DNA from: an uncultured Gemmatimonadaceae bacterium | GTDB lineage: Bacteria; Gemmatimonadota; Gemmatimonadetes; Gemmatimonadales; Gemmatimonadaceae | NCBI GenBank assembly: GCA_963790305.1 | Contig: CAWBOC010000006.1 | Coordinates: 320,001 to 384,000, forward strand | Length of the DNA stretch: 64,000 nt | Direction of reading: 5' to 3' | Shown here: piece by piece, positions 63,141 through 64,000 of the stretch | Layout: every line of letters begins with the position of its first letter | How positions within the stretch are numbered: position 1 is the first letter of the stretch | Translations under genes and position numbers: made by a program | Notes under the pieces: model-generated | What the model was told of the DNA's origin: nothing | Seen by the model: only the letters and a program-made list of their open reading frames with translations | The model's database searches: none

Positions 63141-64000
63141 CTATTGAATCGCTTTTGGTCCGAGGCTCACCACCGTCTGAGCTTCGGGGGAGAAATAATC
63201 CCCGCAGACGGTGCGCACCTGCTCGTCGGTGATCGCGTCGATCTCCGCCAGCAGCTGGTCCAGCGTCCGATACGGCTCGCCGTAGAGATCGACGCCCGCG
63301 GCACGATACATCCGCGACGACACACTCTCCAGAGAGAGCGTGCTTTGTCCTTTGAGCTGGCTCTTCCCCGACTCGACCTCGGCCGGCGTCAGACCGTCGG
63401 CCGCCACCCGGGAGAGCTCTTCGCGAATGGCTTGCGCCGCGTCGCTAGCCGTCTCGGGGGCCGTTCCGACGTAGACGCCATGGACGCCGGTATCGGCGTG
63501 AAACGACTGGAAGGTGTACACCGAATAGGCGAGGCCGAGCTCCTCGCGCACGCGCTGAAACAGCCGTGAGCTCATCCCAGCGCCCAGCACCGTGCTCACG
63601 AGCACAGCGGCATACCGCAGCGGATGACCATGGGGCATCATCGGCGACCCATAGACGATGTGCGTCTGCGCGGCCTCCTTCGCTACGTGCCGATAGCTGG
63701 GCGAGGCCGCCACGGGCGCTGGAGCGGAGAGCGGAGTGGCATCGCCGCGAGGTACGGCTCCCCAGCCGGTGCGCTCGAGCGTCTCGAGGAGACGGTCGTG
63801 CTGCACGTTGCCCGCCGCTGCGAGGATCAGCTGCGGCGGGTGATATGCCCGCTCGTGAAGCTCCCGCAGCTCGCGCACGCCGAGCGCCGACACGGTGTCC
63901 CGCGTCCCGAGGATCGAGTAGCCGTAGGGGTGCTGACCCCACAGCGCCTCGTTATGCAGCTCGAACACGAGATCGTCGGGGGTGTCCTCGACCATGCTGA
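63141..64000 (-). CDS. M16 family (pitrilysin-like) peptidase, 3' part
   Basis: HPYGYSILG, GMSSRLFQRVREELGLAYSV; 5' end outside the window. Confidence 0.9.
   Translation of the reverse strand, partial: SMVEDTPDDLVFELHNEALWGQHPYGYSILGTRDTVSALGVRELRELHERAYHPPQLILAAAGNVQHDRLLETLERTGWGAVPRGDATPLSAPAPVAASPSYRHVAKEAAQTHIVYGSPMMPHGHPLRYAAVLVSTVLGAGMSSRLFQRVREELGLAYSVYTFQSFHADTGVHGVYVGTAPETASDAAQAIREELSRVAADGLTPAEVESGKSQLKGQSTLSLESVSSRMYRAAGVDLYGEPYRTLDQLLAEIDAITDEQVRTVCGDYFSPEAQTVVSLGPKAIQ

Overview
A GC-rich bacterial chromosome segment, mostly housekeeping genes. Gene content and order suggest Gemmatimonadota, which is an inference. In order: rlmN 3' end; a minus-strand folK-panB-panC-(degenerate glmU-like)-yqeK-LytR_C unit; rqcH; a split trp locus (trpC-trpF-trpB-trpA, trpD) interleaved with signalling genes (HEAT-repeat protein, HD-GYP phosphodiesterase, GAF-containing chemoreceptor, GAF-GAF protein) and an inverted lexA; truA, a transaldolase-like gene, degP, purB-purC-psd-pssA-purS-purQ-(2 small genes)-purL, purF, ppdK; an accessory block (2x DUF421, membrane protein, cysteine hydrolase, nucleotidyltransferase, metallophosphoesterase); two orphan lipoprotein-like genes next to the 3' end of tmRNA; DGC-larB-dusB; PTS IIA; guaA, lysA, proS, hisS, folC, accD; mreBCD-mrdA-rodA; ferredoxin plus geranylgeranyl reductase; PAP2, polysaccharide deacetylase, ald and a partial M16 peptidase. 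Four genes (trpA, purB, ppdK, PAP2) each carry one extra base, most likely assembly error. Best candidates for undescribed biology: (i) the signalling module translationally coupled inside the trp operon, whose HEAT and HD-GYP proteins share an N-terminal domain; (ii) the nucleotidyltransferase/phosphoesterase/DUF421 cluster with a sigma54-type promoter; (iii) intergenic palindromes with tandem-repeat arms, one pair showing a compensatory change; (iv) two apparent pseudo-enzymes. Product calls come from motif recognition by eye, not database searches.
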